64,000 bases of DNA, from the NCBI RefSeq assembly GCF_009914755.1, contig NC_060936.1, one strand, 5' to 3'. Below, piece after piece: positions 43,445 through 57,291 of this stretch (position 1 is its first letter; each line of letters opens with the position of its first letter). The stretch is from the human T2T-CHM13v2.0 reference genome, Homo sapiens. The notes beneath the pieces were generated by a model. The model ran no database searches. It was not told the DNA's origin and saw nothing but the letters and a program-made list of their open reading frames with translations. The position numbers and the translations under genes are program-made.

Positions 43445-44760
43445 ATTTGTTTGTATAACAGCTTTAGAGATATACATCATATAGCATGAAATAATACAAT
43501 TCAATGATTAGATTAGTCAGAGTTGTATAACAATCAGAAAATAAATTTCGGAACATTTTGTAACCCTAAAAGGAGACCTGTAGTCATTTCTCTTTCTCTC
43601 CCATTGCTGTAACCACAGCTTTAAGTTACCATCAAGCTCCTTTTTGTCTCTATGTATTAGCTTATTCTAGACACTTTATATAAATATATATAATATGTGA
43701 TCCCCTGAAACTGTCCTTCTTACATAAGATAATATTTTACAGGTTCATCCGTGTAGTAGCCTGGATCAGGACTTAACTGGCTTTTGCTACATAATATTCC
43801 ATTGTATGGATATATCTCCTTTATAGATATATCCCATTTTATTTTTCTATTTTTCAGTTGATGGACTTTTGGGTTGTTTCCACTTTTTGGCCATTATGAA
43901 TATACTGCTATGAACATTTACATACAAATTTTTGCGTGAACATAGGCTTTCATTTTTCTTGATTATGTCTGTAGGAGTTGACTTGCTGGGTCATATGATA
44001 ACTATATGTTTATCATTTTGAGGGCCAAAACAGCTGCACAATTTCACATTCACACCAGTAGTGGATGAAAAGGATCAAGTTGTAAATATTCTTACCAACA
44101 CTTGTTAACATCTGCCTTTTTGACTGTAGTCATCCAAATGGGTGTAAGGTGGTATGTCACTGTGGTTTTGACTTGCTTTTCTCTGATGTCTAAAGATAGC
44201 ATTTTTTATTATTAGAAGACGTTATATATCTTTATTTGGAGAAACGTAAATTCATCTCCGTGTTCATTTTTAATTGCATTACTTTTCTTTATATAATTGA
44301 GTTGTAATATTTCTTCATAGTCTAGATACAAAGTCTTTATCAGATATATGATTTTTCACTTTTTATTTGTTTGAAACAGGGTTTTGCTTTGCTTCCCAGG
44401 CTGGAGTGCTGGGGTGCAATTATAGCTCACTGTAGCCCTGACCTTGTGGCCTCATGCAATCCTCCTACCTTGGCCTCCCAAAGTACTAGAATTACAGGTG
44501 TGAGCCACCACACCTGATCCACTTTATTGATGGTATCTTTTGAAATACATTTTTTAAAAATATTGAAGATGTTCATTTTTGTAGCTTGTACTTTTGGTAT
44601 CGTACCTAAAGAAAAAGTAATCCATTGTTGCATAGAAATATGCCTATGTTTTCTTCCACAAATTTTAGTTTTAAATCTTACTTTCAGTTTTAGGATACAA
44701 TAATTTTGTATACCATGTGAGGTAGTATCAACAACTTTTTGCATAGGATATGCAGTGGTT
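43445..44760 (-). mobile_element. L1MB 3' end with ORF2 tail
   Basis: gttgatggacttttgggttgtttccactttttggccattatgaata...ttgctgggtcatatg. Confidence 0.85.
44360..44519 (-). mobile_element. AluJ-type monomer (left-arm 5' part joined to right-arm 3' part)
   Basis: cccaggctggagtgc...atagctcactgtagcc...cttggcctcccaaagtactagaattacaggtgtgagccacc. Confidence 0.8.
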
Positions 44761-45264
44761 AATAACTATATGTACTGTTTTTATCCTGGTGCATTTCTTT
44801 AAATATGTTTAATATATATAAATGTATTAGTAAAAACATACTTGAAAGATTCTTTCCCCTGAATTCTAGCTTTCCCTGTTATCAACTCAAGAAATGGGTT
44901 TAAACTTCCTTGAATAAATGTTTCTATCTCCTGAATAGAGTCACCTGAAGACATGGTATAGAGCTAATGAAGAATTGTTTAGTCAGTTCTATAGAAATAT
45001 TGTTTCTATTTGTAAACTCCTTCAATGTCAGCAAACATCTCAATGACCTATTTTGCAAAAGTATGTTTCTCAGAACAATGCCGCAGGTGACATAGGTTTT
45101 ACTTAATATTGGCTATGAATATTGATTAGCTTATGCATTTTCTTTTTTGTATAGTACCAAGTTCATTGTTAATTACTCCATACCAACTGTGTGAGTGGCA
45201 AAATCCAGAGAGGTCTGAAGGTCTGCATCCATCTCTATGAGAGGACCCCAGTACCAAAAATGTC

Positions 45265-45414
45265 TTTTTTTTTTTTTTTTTTTGAGATGGAGTAGTTTTA
45301 GTAGAGATGGACCCGTGTTGCCCAGGCTGGTGTTGAACTCCTAGGCTCAAGGGATTCATCTACTTCAGCCTGCCAAAGTGCTACGATTGCAGGCATGAGC
45401 CAATGCATCCAGCC
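45265..45414 (-). mobile_element. Alu with nearly all of the right arm deleted
   Basis: Poly(T)-gagatggagt jumps to ttttagtagagatgg; TSD aaaaatgtctt / aacaatgtctt. Confidence 0.85.
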
Positions 45415-46299
45415 AACAATGTCTTCTACAAGATAGAAAACTACATTATCAACTGATTACCTTACCAGCTTAAGGAAGAAGATAGTCAGCATCAGGTTGC
45501 CACTTTCCATCTAATGTCTAAAATATTCATGACCTGGTCTCTCTTAAAGTGTACAAAGAAGATAATTATTGGAACAGTAGATTGTTCTCTCATACAACTT
45601 ATTTCCATGAATATTTATAAGTGCTTAAAATATTTAACTCCACAATATATTTTAAATATAATATACCTTGCATTTTAGATGGTACAGTAACATATTTGTG
45701 GAGCCTCCACAAGTCTGGATCCCTAGGTGCTTATGTAGGGTAGGGTCCTTGCACTGGTCTATACTTTAAGTGAGATAGTTGGTTATGTAGGGCATTGAGA
45801 TGTCAGGTTAGTTACTGCAGCATATCTTAGCCTCTTAGAAAAAATATAGGAACATTTCAAGGACAAATTGTCTGTCATCTACTCTTAAAAGGTACAAAAA
45901 GGAAGGTTATTGTTGCAAGCAATCCTCCCTATAAGACAATCAAGGTTTTACAGTACACTAAGAGTTTCTGCCAAGCATTTCTGCTTGTATTGTCTGAACA
46001 ACTTTCTCTAGCTTCCTTTTGCAGAGAACTTTCTTTATTTCTCTGTCTAAAATACATCCTTATTTGGAAAAGCTACTTATTTTTGAAACTGTTTTAATAA
46101 TGCCATCTGTCTTCCTTTTCCATTGAAAAATTAAATCTATATTCAATTATACAAGATATTTTTCATTGTTTAATCATGTCATTACCTATTTCCCATTACC
46201 AATAGACTTCAAAATGAATATGGATCTTCTTATCTTATAGGTCTATAGCCATCTCATCATCCTCAAATGAATTTCAGAAAGCTGGTGGTTATTCTTTTT

Positions 46300-48020
46300 T
46301 CTTCATTCATAAACTGATACTTTTAGAAATCACATCTTATTAAATAATGTAATTCGGTTTAACTTTTCACTATTCAAAATTTTCATCCTCTCTCTTTCTA
46401 TCTGCTATTGGCTTTTTCATGTCCTGATGCTATTTCTAAAAAGTTCAGAACTTAGTTTTTTTCTTTTCTCTCTACTATTTCTAAGGCATAAACTTATAAT
46501 TATACTGCAAGAACCTAAGGTATCTTTTAGAGTCATATTATCCAAGTCATAATACCATGTGACTTCTTCTTATGGGCATCTTCATATACAGAATATATAA
46601 TTGTGTAATTTATTGATCTCTATATATATCCATACATATTTTTACTGTAATTGTAAAAATACATATATTTTTATATATATCTTTGTGTATAGATAGATAG
46701 AGATTATATGGATATATATGATAAATATTTCACATTTTTTTCTCTACCTTCTGCCCTAAGACTGGACACAGATCTGAACTGATCACAAATTATTTATTAA
46801 AGTTGGTGCTTTCAATTTTTTTAAAAGATACTAGAAGAGTTTCTCGTTAATTTGGAGCATCACTGCTATCGCTCCCACACATCTCAACATCCTGTTTAAG
46901 TGAGATTTTATTGTCTTATCTGCCATTTAGCAAAATGAAGTATTTATCTAAGGTAGCATGTGAAATGTTTCAGAATTTCCTGTATTAACCTCTTTGAATC
47001 CACCCATGCCTATTAATCATATGACTGTTACATTGACTTTCTAAAATAGAAATCAGAGTACACCTTTATTTTGCTCAAAATATTTTAAACACTTCAAAAC
47101 ATTCTTGAACTAAAATCCCAAATTCTGGTAATTGCTTTAGAAGGCCTTACATGATCTGATCTCTGCCAACTTCTCTGATTTTCAACCATGGTGTATTCAG
47201 CCTATAATATTCCAGATGAGCTAGATGGGGCTTCTTGATCTTTGTCAATTATATTAATCGGATTCACACTTTAGAATTTTACTGTTACTGTTTTCTTTCC
47301 ATGAAATTCTTCTCAAGTGCTCCATGTCCTAACCGGTTCATTTCTTTACATTATTTATATCTTAGCTCATTTGAGAAACATACCTAGTGTGAACTTCAGA
47401 GAAAAGTCTTCTTTATCACTTGTCTTAGTCTGCTCAGGATGCTATAACAGAATACTAAAAGCTGGGTGGCTTACATGGGACAAATTCATTTTTCACAGTT
47501 TTAGAGTCTGGGAAGTCAAAGTTCAAGATCATGGCAAATTTTGTTTGTGGTGAGAGCTCTCTTTCTGGTTTTCAGACAGCTGTCTTCTCACTGCGTCTTC
47601 ATATAGCCAGTGTGTGTGTGCTGAGAGAGAGGGAACAACCTGTCTTGTGTCTCTTCTGTAAAAGCACTAATCTTTTCAGATCAAGGATTCATCCTTATGA
47701 TGTCATTTAACTGTAATTACTTCCTTTGAGGCACCATCTCCAAATAGAGCAATATTGGAGGTATCAATGTTTGAAATTTTGGGACACAAATATTTGATCC
47801 ATAACATAACTAAAACAGTACACATCCTCATCGAAATTCTGTACCCCTCACTCTGTGATATGTACTCTTACTGAATTCAAAACTATTTAAAATAATACTG
47901 AACATTTTACTTGTTTATGAAACCTCAATAAGGTTAGGCATGTTTCATTTTTAAAAAATTATTTTCTTAGGATCTAGCAATTGACCAGTGCTTATTATTT
48001 TAGAAAAAAATAATGTTTCA
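46300..48020 (+). mobile_element. L2 fragments (decayed), interrupted by MLT1A
   Basis: aaggccttacatgatctgatctctgccaacttctctg and related L2 motifs. Confidence 0.55.
47421..47806 (-). mobile_element. MaLR LTR (MLT1A/A0-like)
   Basis: tgtcttagtctgctcaggatgctataaca...tccataaca; 5-bp TSD tcact / taact. Confidence 0.85.
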
Positions 48021-48190
48021 AGGAGAAATGAATCCATTTCTGAATAATTATGGAGAAAATCAATAGAGCCTAAAAAAGATTTAGACAATCGAGTATGATG
48101 GTCTTTTTTTTTTTTTTAACTTGGACACTTCTCCTTAAGTCTTGAGACTTTTTATTCTAATTAAATATTTGATTAATAATATCTAAATGT

Positions 48191-48490
<300 letters not shown>

Positions 48491-50499
48491 ATAACATCTA
48501 AATCTCTGTTAAATTTCCAAAATGGCATGTAAGGTTGAACATGTAGTTATATAGTTTATATTAAACAAAAACATTTTTGTGTTTAAATAGTTGATATTGA
48601 AAGCATAATTTTATTTATTCTTAACCTACATATGAGTTCTCCTAAGAATGAGTGAGTTATGGAAGTGCTCCATCCATGACTCACTCATTTAACCCCATCC
48701 CAAATACTTTGTGCTACTTACAATTCTATTAAGAAGCTTGTCCCATTCTTAAGCTATGTTTCTACATAATTATATTCAGGGAGTCAACAATATATCTCTC
48801 TTAGTGATTAGGATGCAAACCCATCCTTATATAATTATAGAGTGTACTTATAATGCAAATATCCTTTGATGAGAGGTAAGAGTGAAATTACCCAAAAAGA
48901 GAAACAGTTTGCAAAGCAACTTTTTTGGAGGCATACAAAAACCAGAATCACAGTATTTTTAAAGAGCACACATTTATTGAGACAGTTCTGTTTGTTTGTT
49001 TGGTCTTAGCACTAATGTCACATTTGTTTTCATTGATATGCGTCACCCATATGTCCAGAGAATGATGAATTTTCTTCACTGTTCCCTTCACCTAGCATAA
49101 AACAAATTAACCAATGCAAAATACACATATATGAATCTGTTTTTTCTTCCAAGGTCCTAAAATTCACTTACTAGGGGGAGCAATTGGTTGGAACAAGTCA
49201 TTAGGATAGTGTAATTGCTTCTGATATGATTATGGATCTTTTAAAACTTGTGACAGTTTCATCACTTAGTTCATTGATTGCAGGGAGCAGCTTCTAGTAC
49301 TTAAACAAAGCTACATTTTCAGTGGATATTGGAAATGATGTCAGGGAAAGCCACTCCTCTAGGCATCACGTCTAACCTTCAATACCTCATTATTGACCAG
49401 ATTCTGGCTCATTCACTCTAATTATTTAATTGAACAATTCAAGTTGAGGCATAAAGTAGACAAATTAATTTAGTGATCATCAATAGGCTGACATTCCCTG
49501 TGAAACTTTAGAAAGTTTCTGTAGGTTTTGCAGTAGTGTTTAGTTAACCCATTTAAAAAACTCATTATTTGAGTAAATATTACCTTACTTTGCTTTAAAT
49601 TCTACTCTGAAACACCATTTGTTTTTTATGTTAAAGTATTCTTTCCTTTAGTTTTGAAGAGTTTCACTTGTGTTCATATCTTGAACAATTAATATTATGA
49701 CATTTCTTTTGACTTTAACATTTAGTAGTGTGGATTCAGCTTTACTTTAACCAACATTATTTAAAAAGCATTCAAATTAATTTTGATATCAAAATTTCAG
49801 AGAATGGAAAGGACATTAGAAAGAACTGTAAAATACCCTCCATGTAGGAAATCTGGGATAAAGAAAGAAAATTATTTGTTCTACCTCTAATTAAAGACAA
49901 GTAAGTTGCTCTCCACTTCTCCAGTTGTAAAAGGTATAATCATCTCCACTGAAATAGTAGATTTGTGATCTAATCCACACTGAAAATAAAGCACCTGGGT
50001 TTATATTCTCAGTGCTGATGTCATCATTATTTCAAAAATCTGTTTTTCTTCACAAATTGAGTTTGCTCCAATGAATTAAGAATTCAAAATATTTTTTTTC
50101 TTATTGAGAAAAAATTATTATTTGGGAAAAGTGTTAAAGGAAAATAATTGATTATAGTCTTCTCATATTTCACTTTTAATTTTTCTTTTAACTCAAAATC
50201 ATAAGTGGCATATTATGTCACTTAGGCCTTTATGCTGTATATTTTCTAAGAATATAATGTGCAAATGAAATGTCTTATATAAAATTTGCATATACCATAT
50301 TTAAGAGAGTTATTTGAGCTTTTGGTGGAACAATTTAAGGCAAATTAATTATATAAGTTCAAAGTTATGAAATAAAAATGTTTTTATGTATTTAAAATAT
50401 TTTAATGTAAGCGAGAATCCTAACAAAAACCTGAAAACAAAAATAGCAAAGTTTTGAGGCTCTTTGACTAAGTGAATTGTAAACTGCATAAACTCTTAA

Positions 50500-50730
50500 T
50501 ATAAAAGTACATACTGTCTGTCTAATTTTATATAATGCTCTAGTAAATGCAGAAGAATACATAGTGATGGAAAGTGAGTGTGTGGTTTCTTAAAGAGTTG
50601 AAGGAGGGAAATAAGAAGTGGGAAGCAGAGATTACAGAGGGGCACGAAGGAACTTGGCAGGGTAAACTACATGATCACAATGTTGATTGTAGTGATGGTT
50701 CTGCCGGAGTTTGGCATTTTATATATTTAT
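50500..50730 (+). mobile_element. L1ME 3' fragment
   Basis: gattacagaggggcacgaaggaact...ttgattgtagtgatggtt. Confidence 0.55.
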
Positions 50731-50786
50731 CTTTTTGTATTATTTTTACCTCTTACCGCCCATTCTAAAATCTTATATTACGCAAA

Positions 50787-51475
50787 CCATGGATCAGGAA
50801 ACCAGTCATGGGATCGCTATGAGTTAAATTATGTCCCTCATAAAAATACGCTGAAGTCCTAACCCCTAGTACCTGTGACCGTGACCTTATTTGGAAATAG
50901 AGTGTCAGAGTACAAAGCTAAGATGAGTTTATACTGGATATGTGTGGGTCCTAATCCAATATCAGTGGTTGTCTTTATAAAAAGAGAAGGGATGAAGAGA
51001 CAAACACAGGGAGAATACTGTATCACAAAGAAGGCAGAGATTTGAGTGATAATGTCTACAAGCAAAGCAATGTCAAAGATGGCTGGCAACCACCAGAAGC
51101 TAAAAGAGAAGCATTGAAAAGAATGTCCTCCAGAGAGCCCAGAAGGAACTAACCTTGCAGGCAGCTTGATTTTAGACCTCTAGGCTTCAGAATGGAGAAA
51201 GCATAAAATCCTGTTATTTCAAGCCACCAAATTTGTGGTCATTTATCATGGTAGGCCTAGGAAACTAACCTTAGGGCCATATCCAGCCCACCATCAGTTT
51301 TTATTAAGAAAGTTTTAAATTGCAATACAGCCACATTCATTCATTTATGTATTGTCTGTGGCTGTTTTCATGCTAAAATGACAGGGTTGAATAGTTGCTA
51401 CAGAGTTCATACGGTCTGCAAAGCTTAAAATTTTTACTGTGTGACCCTTTAGGGAGAATTTTCACTGTCCTCTGA
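50787..51475 (+). mobile_element. MER58A (hAT-Charlie MITE), split by MLT1C
   Basis: cagccacattcattcatttatgtattgtctgtggctgttttcatgcta...ctgcaaagcttaaaatttttact. Confidence 0.8.
50815..51270 (+). mobile_element. MaLR LTR MLT1C-like
   Basis: gaagtcctaacccctagtacctgtga...ggcaaccaccagaagcta...cctaggaaactaa. Confidence 0.88.
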
Positions 51476-51539
51476 TTTGAAATGCATAGATTATTGCTCT
51501 AGGTGGTCAAACCTGGGCAGATATGTCAGTAAATGCTGT

Positions 51540-51670
51540 TTATAATATATATTATGCATATATAAATATATGTTGTGTGTATATACTATATGTAGTATAT
51601 ATGCACAGACATACATAGGCATATATAAATATATGTATATATGTGTGTATGTGTACATATCTAGATATGT
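51540..51670. repeat. Degenerate (TA)/(TG) tract
   Basis: Visible low complexity. Confidence 0.8.
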
Positions 51671-53249
51671 AAAATTTCAAATTCTTGGCATAGGCAATAT
51701 CTTAGGGGGAAAAAGTATGTTTGAAGTATCTTCCTATATAGTGAATACTGTTTGATGATACTCTATTGAGGTTTGGAAACTTATCAACCTGCAGTTAAAT
51801 AATTTGCATTGTTTCTGTAGAGATTCTGATATAAACAGGTAGTATTTTTTTAGTATGACCTTGACCTGAAAACATTCAAATCAGAATCCTTTTTTATAGG
51901 AATAGTTTGTAACACAGCGTTTTGATTACTAAATAAAAAGGACCAGTTACTTTTATGGTATCTCTTTACACATAGTCAAAAAAAAAAAAAAAAAGAGCTG
52001 AAACTCTAGAGTTACTTTTAAATCATGTTTTGAGTCAGTAAAATTTGAATTAAACTTGTAAAATTATGAATCTCAGCAGCTTCTGTTCTAGTAACTACAG
52101 ATAATTAGAGAAAATATTTTAGCATAAAATTTGAAGCTTCAGTCAGAATTTCCTAACTCTATAAAATATTAAAGTAAAGAAACTATGTTATGTAATACTA
52201 CAGTTCATCTTTATATAATTGAGTTGGCCTTCACACTAATGAGCCATAGGAACCTCTTAAAAATGCACAAATTTTAGCATTTATGGAAGTCTCTATCAAG
52301 ATACATAAATTTTATATCTTCTGCATATTTATCCTGGGCCTAGACCAGAAACATATATACTTGTTCACCCCAAGTGAGTGTGACAGCTTCTGATTCTCCT
52401 TGAAGTTTAAGGAAAAGAACAAATCCACTATATTATTTCCTGCATTCTATATAATTGAGTCTGTTTGCTAGGGTAATACATCTAGCAAAGCAAATACAAC
52501 TGGGATTAATATTTGGTTAAATTTATAGCAGCCCATCATTGTTTGCCATAATCTATCCATTATTTGTCCAGATGAATAAAATGAGAATAACATGGAACCA
52601 ACATTCTTCTATTCTTTAACTCTGAAAGTGGTACTAATCTCTGCCCTGTGCCTATGACCTGATATTATTATGATTAAAAACATTTATATCATGGTAAGAG
52701 GATGAGGACTCTCTACAGATCAAAGAACTTATGGGAACATTCTGCTAAATACTATCATATGCTTTCTAATTATACATTTGCAAGCTAGAGAAATGGCAAT
52801 TGAGTAGGTCTGTGAACCCAATAGGCACACTGTGAAACAAATATAAGATGGAACTTCATTACTTGGCCCTCTTCTACACCTGTTCTAACTGGGAGGCCAT
52901 GATGTCCCCAGCTATGGGTTTTCTTGGTTTAAATATCTACTTAGATAGACTTAATATACAATAATCCTAGAAGGGTCTGGGCATTTCCCTTTCCCTCATA
53001 AATGATTACCCAAGTAAATGACTCTAGGTCCCTTTGGGGAAGGCCTGGGGAAAGCTCTGCTATACACATTTACATTGGTGTTGCAATGTCTTTGCACATG
53101 AGGGCAAAACTCCCAGGCAAGGAGGCTCCCTTTTGGCTGAAGGTAATTGTCAGAAGAATGGGGGGTAGTTGTGAGTTATCAGCCTACATTTACATCAGGT
53201 AAATTGGATCTTGGTCAATCATACGTGCCATCCACTATGACTACATTTT

Positions 53250-53600
53250 TACTTATCAACTGTACAAAGGTAAAAAATTTAATAATACACAATTTTGACA
53301 AACTTTGGAGAAACTGAAACCCCCATACATTATTAATGTTATTTGATATTATAATGCATATTCTTTGGAAGAAGAGTATGACAAAGTCTATTAATATTAA
53401 TGATAAATACAACACTGATGCAGAAATTCTTAAGTATATCACAGATGTGGTCAAACATGTGCGTACATACACACGCACACACGCGCTCATTTTAGTCTTC
53501 AAACAAAAAACCGCAAACTATCAAACTATCTAAATATCATTGAATAGGAGCTGGCTAGCACATTAGATCACATTCCTAAATGACTTTAATTCTAAACATA
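53250..53600 (+). mobile_element. Old L1ME ORF2 3' fragment
   Basis: tggagaaactgaaacccccatacatt...ttctttggaa; taaatatcattgaatagg. Confidence 0.5.
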
Positions 53601-53842
53601 TGCACCCATTGACAAAAAGACATTTCCTTTTCTTTAACAAAACTTTTATTACAGAGCATTTTAAATGCATAGAAATATACAAATGATTTTGTTTACTTTT
53701 ATATTAATATATTCAAATTTCTCTGGCTTTAACTTTTTAAATTTTTTTACCTGCAAGCTCAGGTCTCTTACAGCCTTAAAAATAATAATAAAAAATCTTA
53801 AATCTTAAACCACTCCTTTGAACTACTTCCCAATTTCCTTAC

Positions 53843-54623
53843 TTTTTTTATAACTTTTTTTTAAGTTCAGGGGTGCATGTGCAGGTTTGTTATATAGGTA
53901 AACAGGAGTTAATAGGTCATAGGAGTTTGTTGTACTGATTATTGCCAAAATATTAAGCCTAGTATCCATTAGCTATTTTTCCTTATCCTTTCCCTCCTCT
54001 CACCCTCCACCCCCTGGTAGGTCTCAGTGTCTGTTGTTCTCCTCTATGTATCTAGGTGTTCTCATAAGTTAGCTCTCCTTATAAGTGAGAACATGTGGTA
54101 TTTGTTTTTCTGTTTCTGCTAGTTTGCTGAGAATAATGGCCTCCAGCTTCATCCATGTTCTTTCAGTGGACATGATCTCATTCTTTTTTATGGCTGCACA
54201 GTATTCCATGATGTATATTTACCACATTATCTTCATCCAGTCTATTACTGATGGGCATTTAGGTTGATTCCATGTCTTTGCTATTGTGAATAGTGCTTCA
54301 ATGAACATATATGTGCATGTGTCTTTATGAAAGAACAATTTATATTCCTTTGGGAATATATACTCAGTAATGAGTTTGAGACCCCAATTGCTTTTCCACC
54401 AATCTATAATTTACACTCCCACCAATAGTGTTCCCTTTCCTTTGCAACCTCACCAGCATCTGTTATTTTCTGAGTTTTTAATAGTAGCCATTCTGACTGA
54501 TGTAAGATGGTATATCATTGTCATTGTGATTTGCATTTCTCTAATGATCAGTTATGTTGAGCTTTTTTCATATGCTTATTTGCTGCATGTATGCTTTCTT
54601 TTGAAAAGTATATGCTCATGTCC
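53843..54623 (-). mobile_element. Older L1PA (about PA13-PA16) 3' end
   Basis: ttcaggggtgcatgtgcaggtttgttatataggtaaac...ataagtgagaacatgtgg...gatttgcatttctctaatgatcag. Confidence 0.9.
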
Positions 54624-56314
54624 TGAGAAAAAGATTTCTCTAAGCTCTATCAAACAAAAAATCGAGGTGTGATACATGTAATGTATATACATCCATTGTT
54701 GTTAAAATTGTGATTATTTATGTCATATGTCTATCTGTACATATATAAATATCTGTATTATGTTTGCTTATGCACACAGTATAAGAGTACACAAGAAATA
54801 AAAGTCTGTTGGCATTGGTAGAGGAGATGTTTCTTCATGGGAGGAAATTAAATTCCCATTAAATACCTATTTATATTATTTACTTATGTAAATCCTGTGT
54901 TTGTTATTTTCTCATATGAGAATTTTTTTAGGTAGCAGATACAAGCATATAAATGCAGTGACCTATAAACTGGTTCTATTTAAATAAAATAACAGTAAAA
55001 AGAAAACTCCAATGGATCAATGTAAATAAAATTACCAACATATAAATATATGGTTGAGTGAATGTTTCATGTCGCATAGACCATAATTATTAGATGCAAA
55101 AACAAGTTCAAATTTAAGAGATACAGTCCACACACTGGCACCATTTATGTAAGCATGATCAGTGGGCTTTTCTCCAACGAATTTCAGTAGGATATGGTAA
55201 GAATTTTCCTTTTAGGAAGAACAGATACAGTGACCCTCAAATATTTTAATATTTAGAACAATGTTTTCAAATTTTTCAAGACTGTATTGCCCCAGACCGT
55301 TACTTTCAAACATAGTTATTTGGGTTTATATTCTCTATACCCAATATCAGTTTCAATCTTACTACTCTGCTATAGCTGCTCCTCAATTATTTTCATAGAA
55401 ATTTGTTCCTACTGTGTCTATAAGAACATCTATTTCTGAACACATGAAAGTATCTTGGATTATTAAGGTGAATAATTTTACACACAAAAAATACATTTCA
55501 GTGTCATCCTGGAAGCAAAAATACTGTTCAACTAATTTTCAATATTTAGGTTATGCGGGAATTCTCAGTTCCTTAAACTACCTTGGAAAATACTTGGAGG
55601 ACAAATAATAGTTACGTACTTTTAAGTCAAATGTTAGCTATGATCTTTTTGTCCCTTAATATTTGAAAAATATCTATTTAAATCCCTGCAGAAGATCTTT
55701 GCCCTCTTAAACACTGTTATACATTCCCTGGAGTTCACATTAGCATGATTGCTGCTGGCCTGAGCTCCTGTTTTGCTGAATTAATTCTATTTAGAAATTA
55801 TATTGCAATTCACCTGTATTGTCTTGGTTATACCTTGGTAAAATTCAGACCTTTTATTTAATTTCTCCCTTAACAAACTATTTACATAGTTTTCATTAAA
55901 AATTTTAGAAAAAAAATTGGAAAGTAAAGATCGATATTCTAACTCCAGTCAGTTCTTCATTCTTTGTAGAGCTGTGTGTGAAACATGATTTGGTATCAAT
56001 CAGTATCCACATCTTCTTCACTTCTGAAACAATTGAAATACCTTCATAAATAGCTTTCTCTGGCTTGGTAGAAAATTTTTATTATTTATTGTCATATTCA
56101 TCAATAGGTTACTTTTTTTTCTTCTAAAGTGTTCAGTAGCATTTTATTTCAGATAGGTACAGAGAACTAATTGTCCAATAATAGTCTCTCTATGACTCAG
56201 AGAAACATCATGATTAATAACAATCTCTTTTTTCTCCCTCAAAACCAAATAAAAACAGAAACACTAAACTTAGTCAAGAAGGGACAGGATATAAAAGATC
56301 TCTCTCAAAGTTAA

Positions 56315-56590
56315 TTAGCATATTAATCACCTCAAATACCTATTTTTTTTAATGATGAGAATATTTAACATCCTCTCTTTTAGCTATTTTTAAATATACA
56401 ATACATTAATTATTATCTGGTCACCTTGCTGTTGCCATAGAACACCAGAACGTTTTCCTCCTAGCTAACTGTAACTTTATACCTGTTGACTAACGTCTAC
56501 CCTTCTCCAGTCCACTTCTGCCTGCTTCTCAGCTTCTGGTTACCACCATTCTACCCTGGACTCTATAAATTCAACTTTTTTTGATTCTAG
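56315..56590 (-). mobile_element. L1MA 3' end fragment
   Basis: tatacaatacattaattattat...catagaacaccagaac...ctaactgtaactttatacc. Confidence 0.8.
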
Positions 56591-57247
56591 GTGTTTAGTG
56601 CTGCCCTGAGTATATTCAGTGGAAATGCCTTCTTTGCTATTCTAGTTATTAGCTCCTGCTCAGAAGTAGGAGACTTACTCTAATCTTAACATGCAGAACC
56701 AGTTTTCATCTAAGCAAAAGAGCATCTATTAGAATATCATGGCTTAAGAAGGCATAGGAAAATCACAGAAGGAATCCGAGGGATAAAGAAAACCTGAGAG
56801 ATGACCTTTGGGAGGAAATGAGTATTATCCTTGCATGAATATGAAACACATAAAGTTCAATTTATTTCTGGGCTGAATTACATCACACACCATTTAATAG
56901 CATCATTATTGAATAATTTGAGTGATTCTTCAGATAAATCTCACACTGTTATTACCTTCATGCACACTCACTGTAATCTGAAATTTTCCAAATATGATAG
57001 ATATATGGAATGTTGAACTTACAAGGAAACAAACAGCATACGTGAACTCCAATCTCTTTATTATGAAAATTGACAAATTAAGCACAAAATGGTAAAATTT
57101 ATTTATCAGAATTATGCAGAGAAATGACAAAGTTAGGAATAAAATCCTGATACAGTGCTACTGACCCCTGAACTCATTCTAATACTTTTTTTTGGCTGAA
57201 GTTTAAAAATTTATACTGTTCACTTATTCAAAATAAAAATATAAATA

Positions 57248-57291
57248 TTAAGTTGGTGCAAAAGTAATTGCGGTTTTTGCCATTAAAAGTA
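57248..57291. mobile_element. MADE1 half (left terminal inverted repeat)
   Basis: ttaagttggtgcaaaagtaattgcggtttttgccatta. Confidence 0.9.

Noticed and set aside
46624-46718. 12-bp inverted repeat in a TA-rich tract
   Set aside because: Expected by chance in self-complementary TA sequence
52840-53220. GC-richer block possibly an old ERVL/MaLR LTR
   Set aside because: Too diverged to assign from memory
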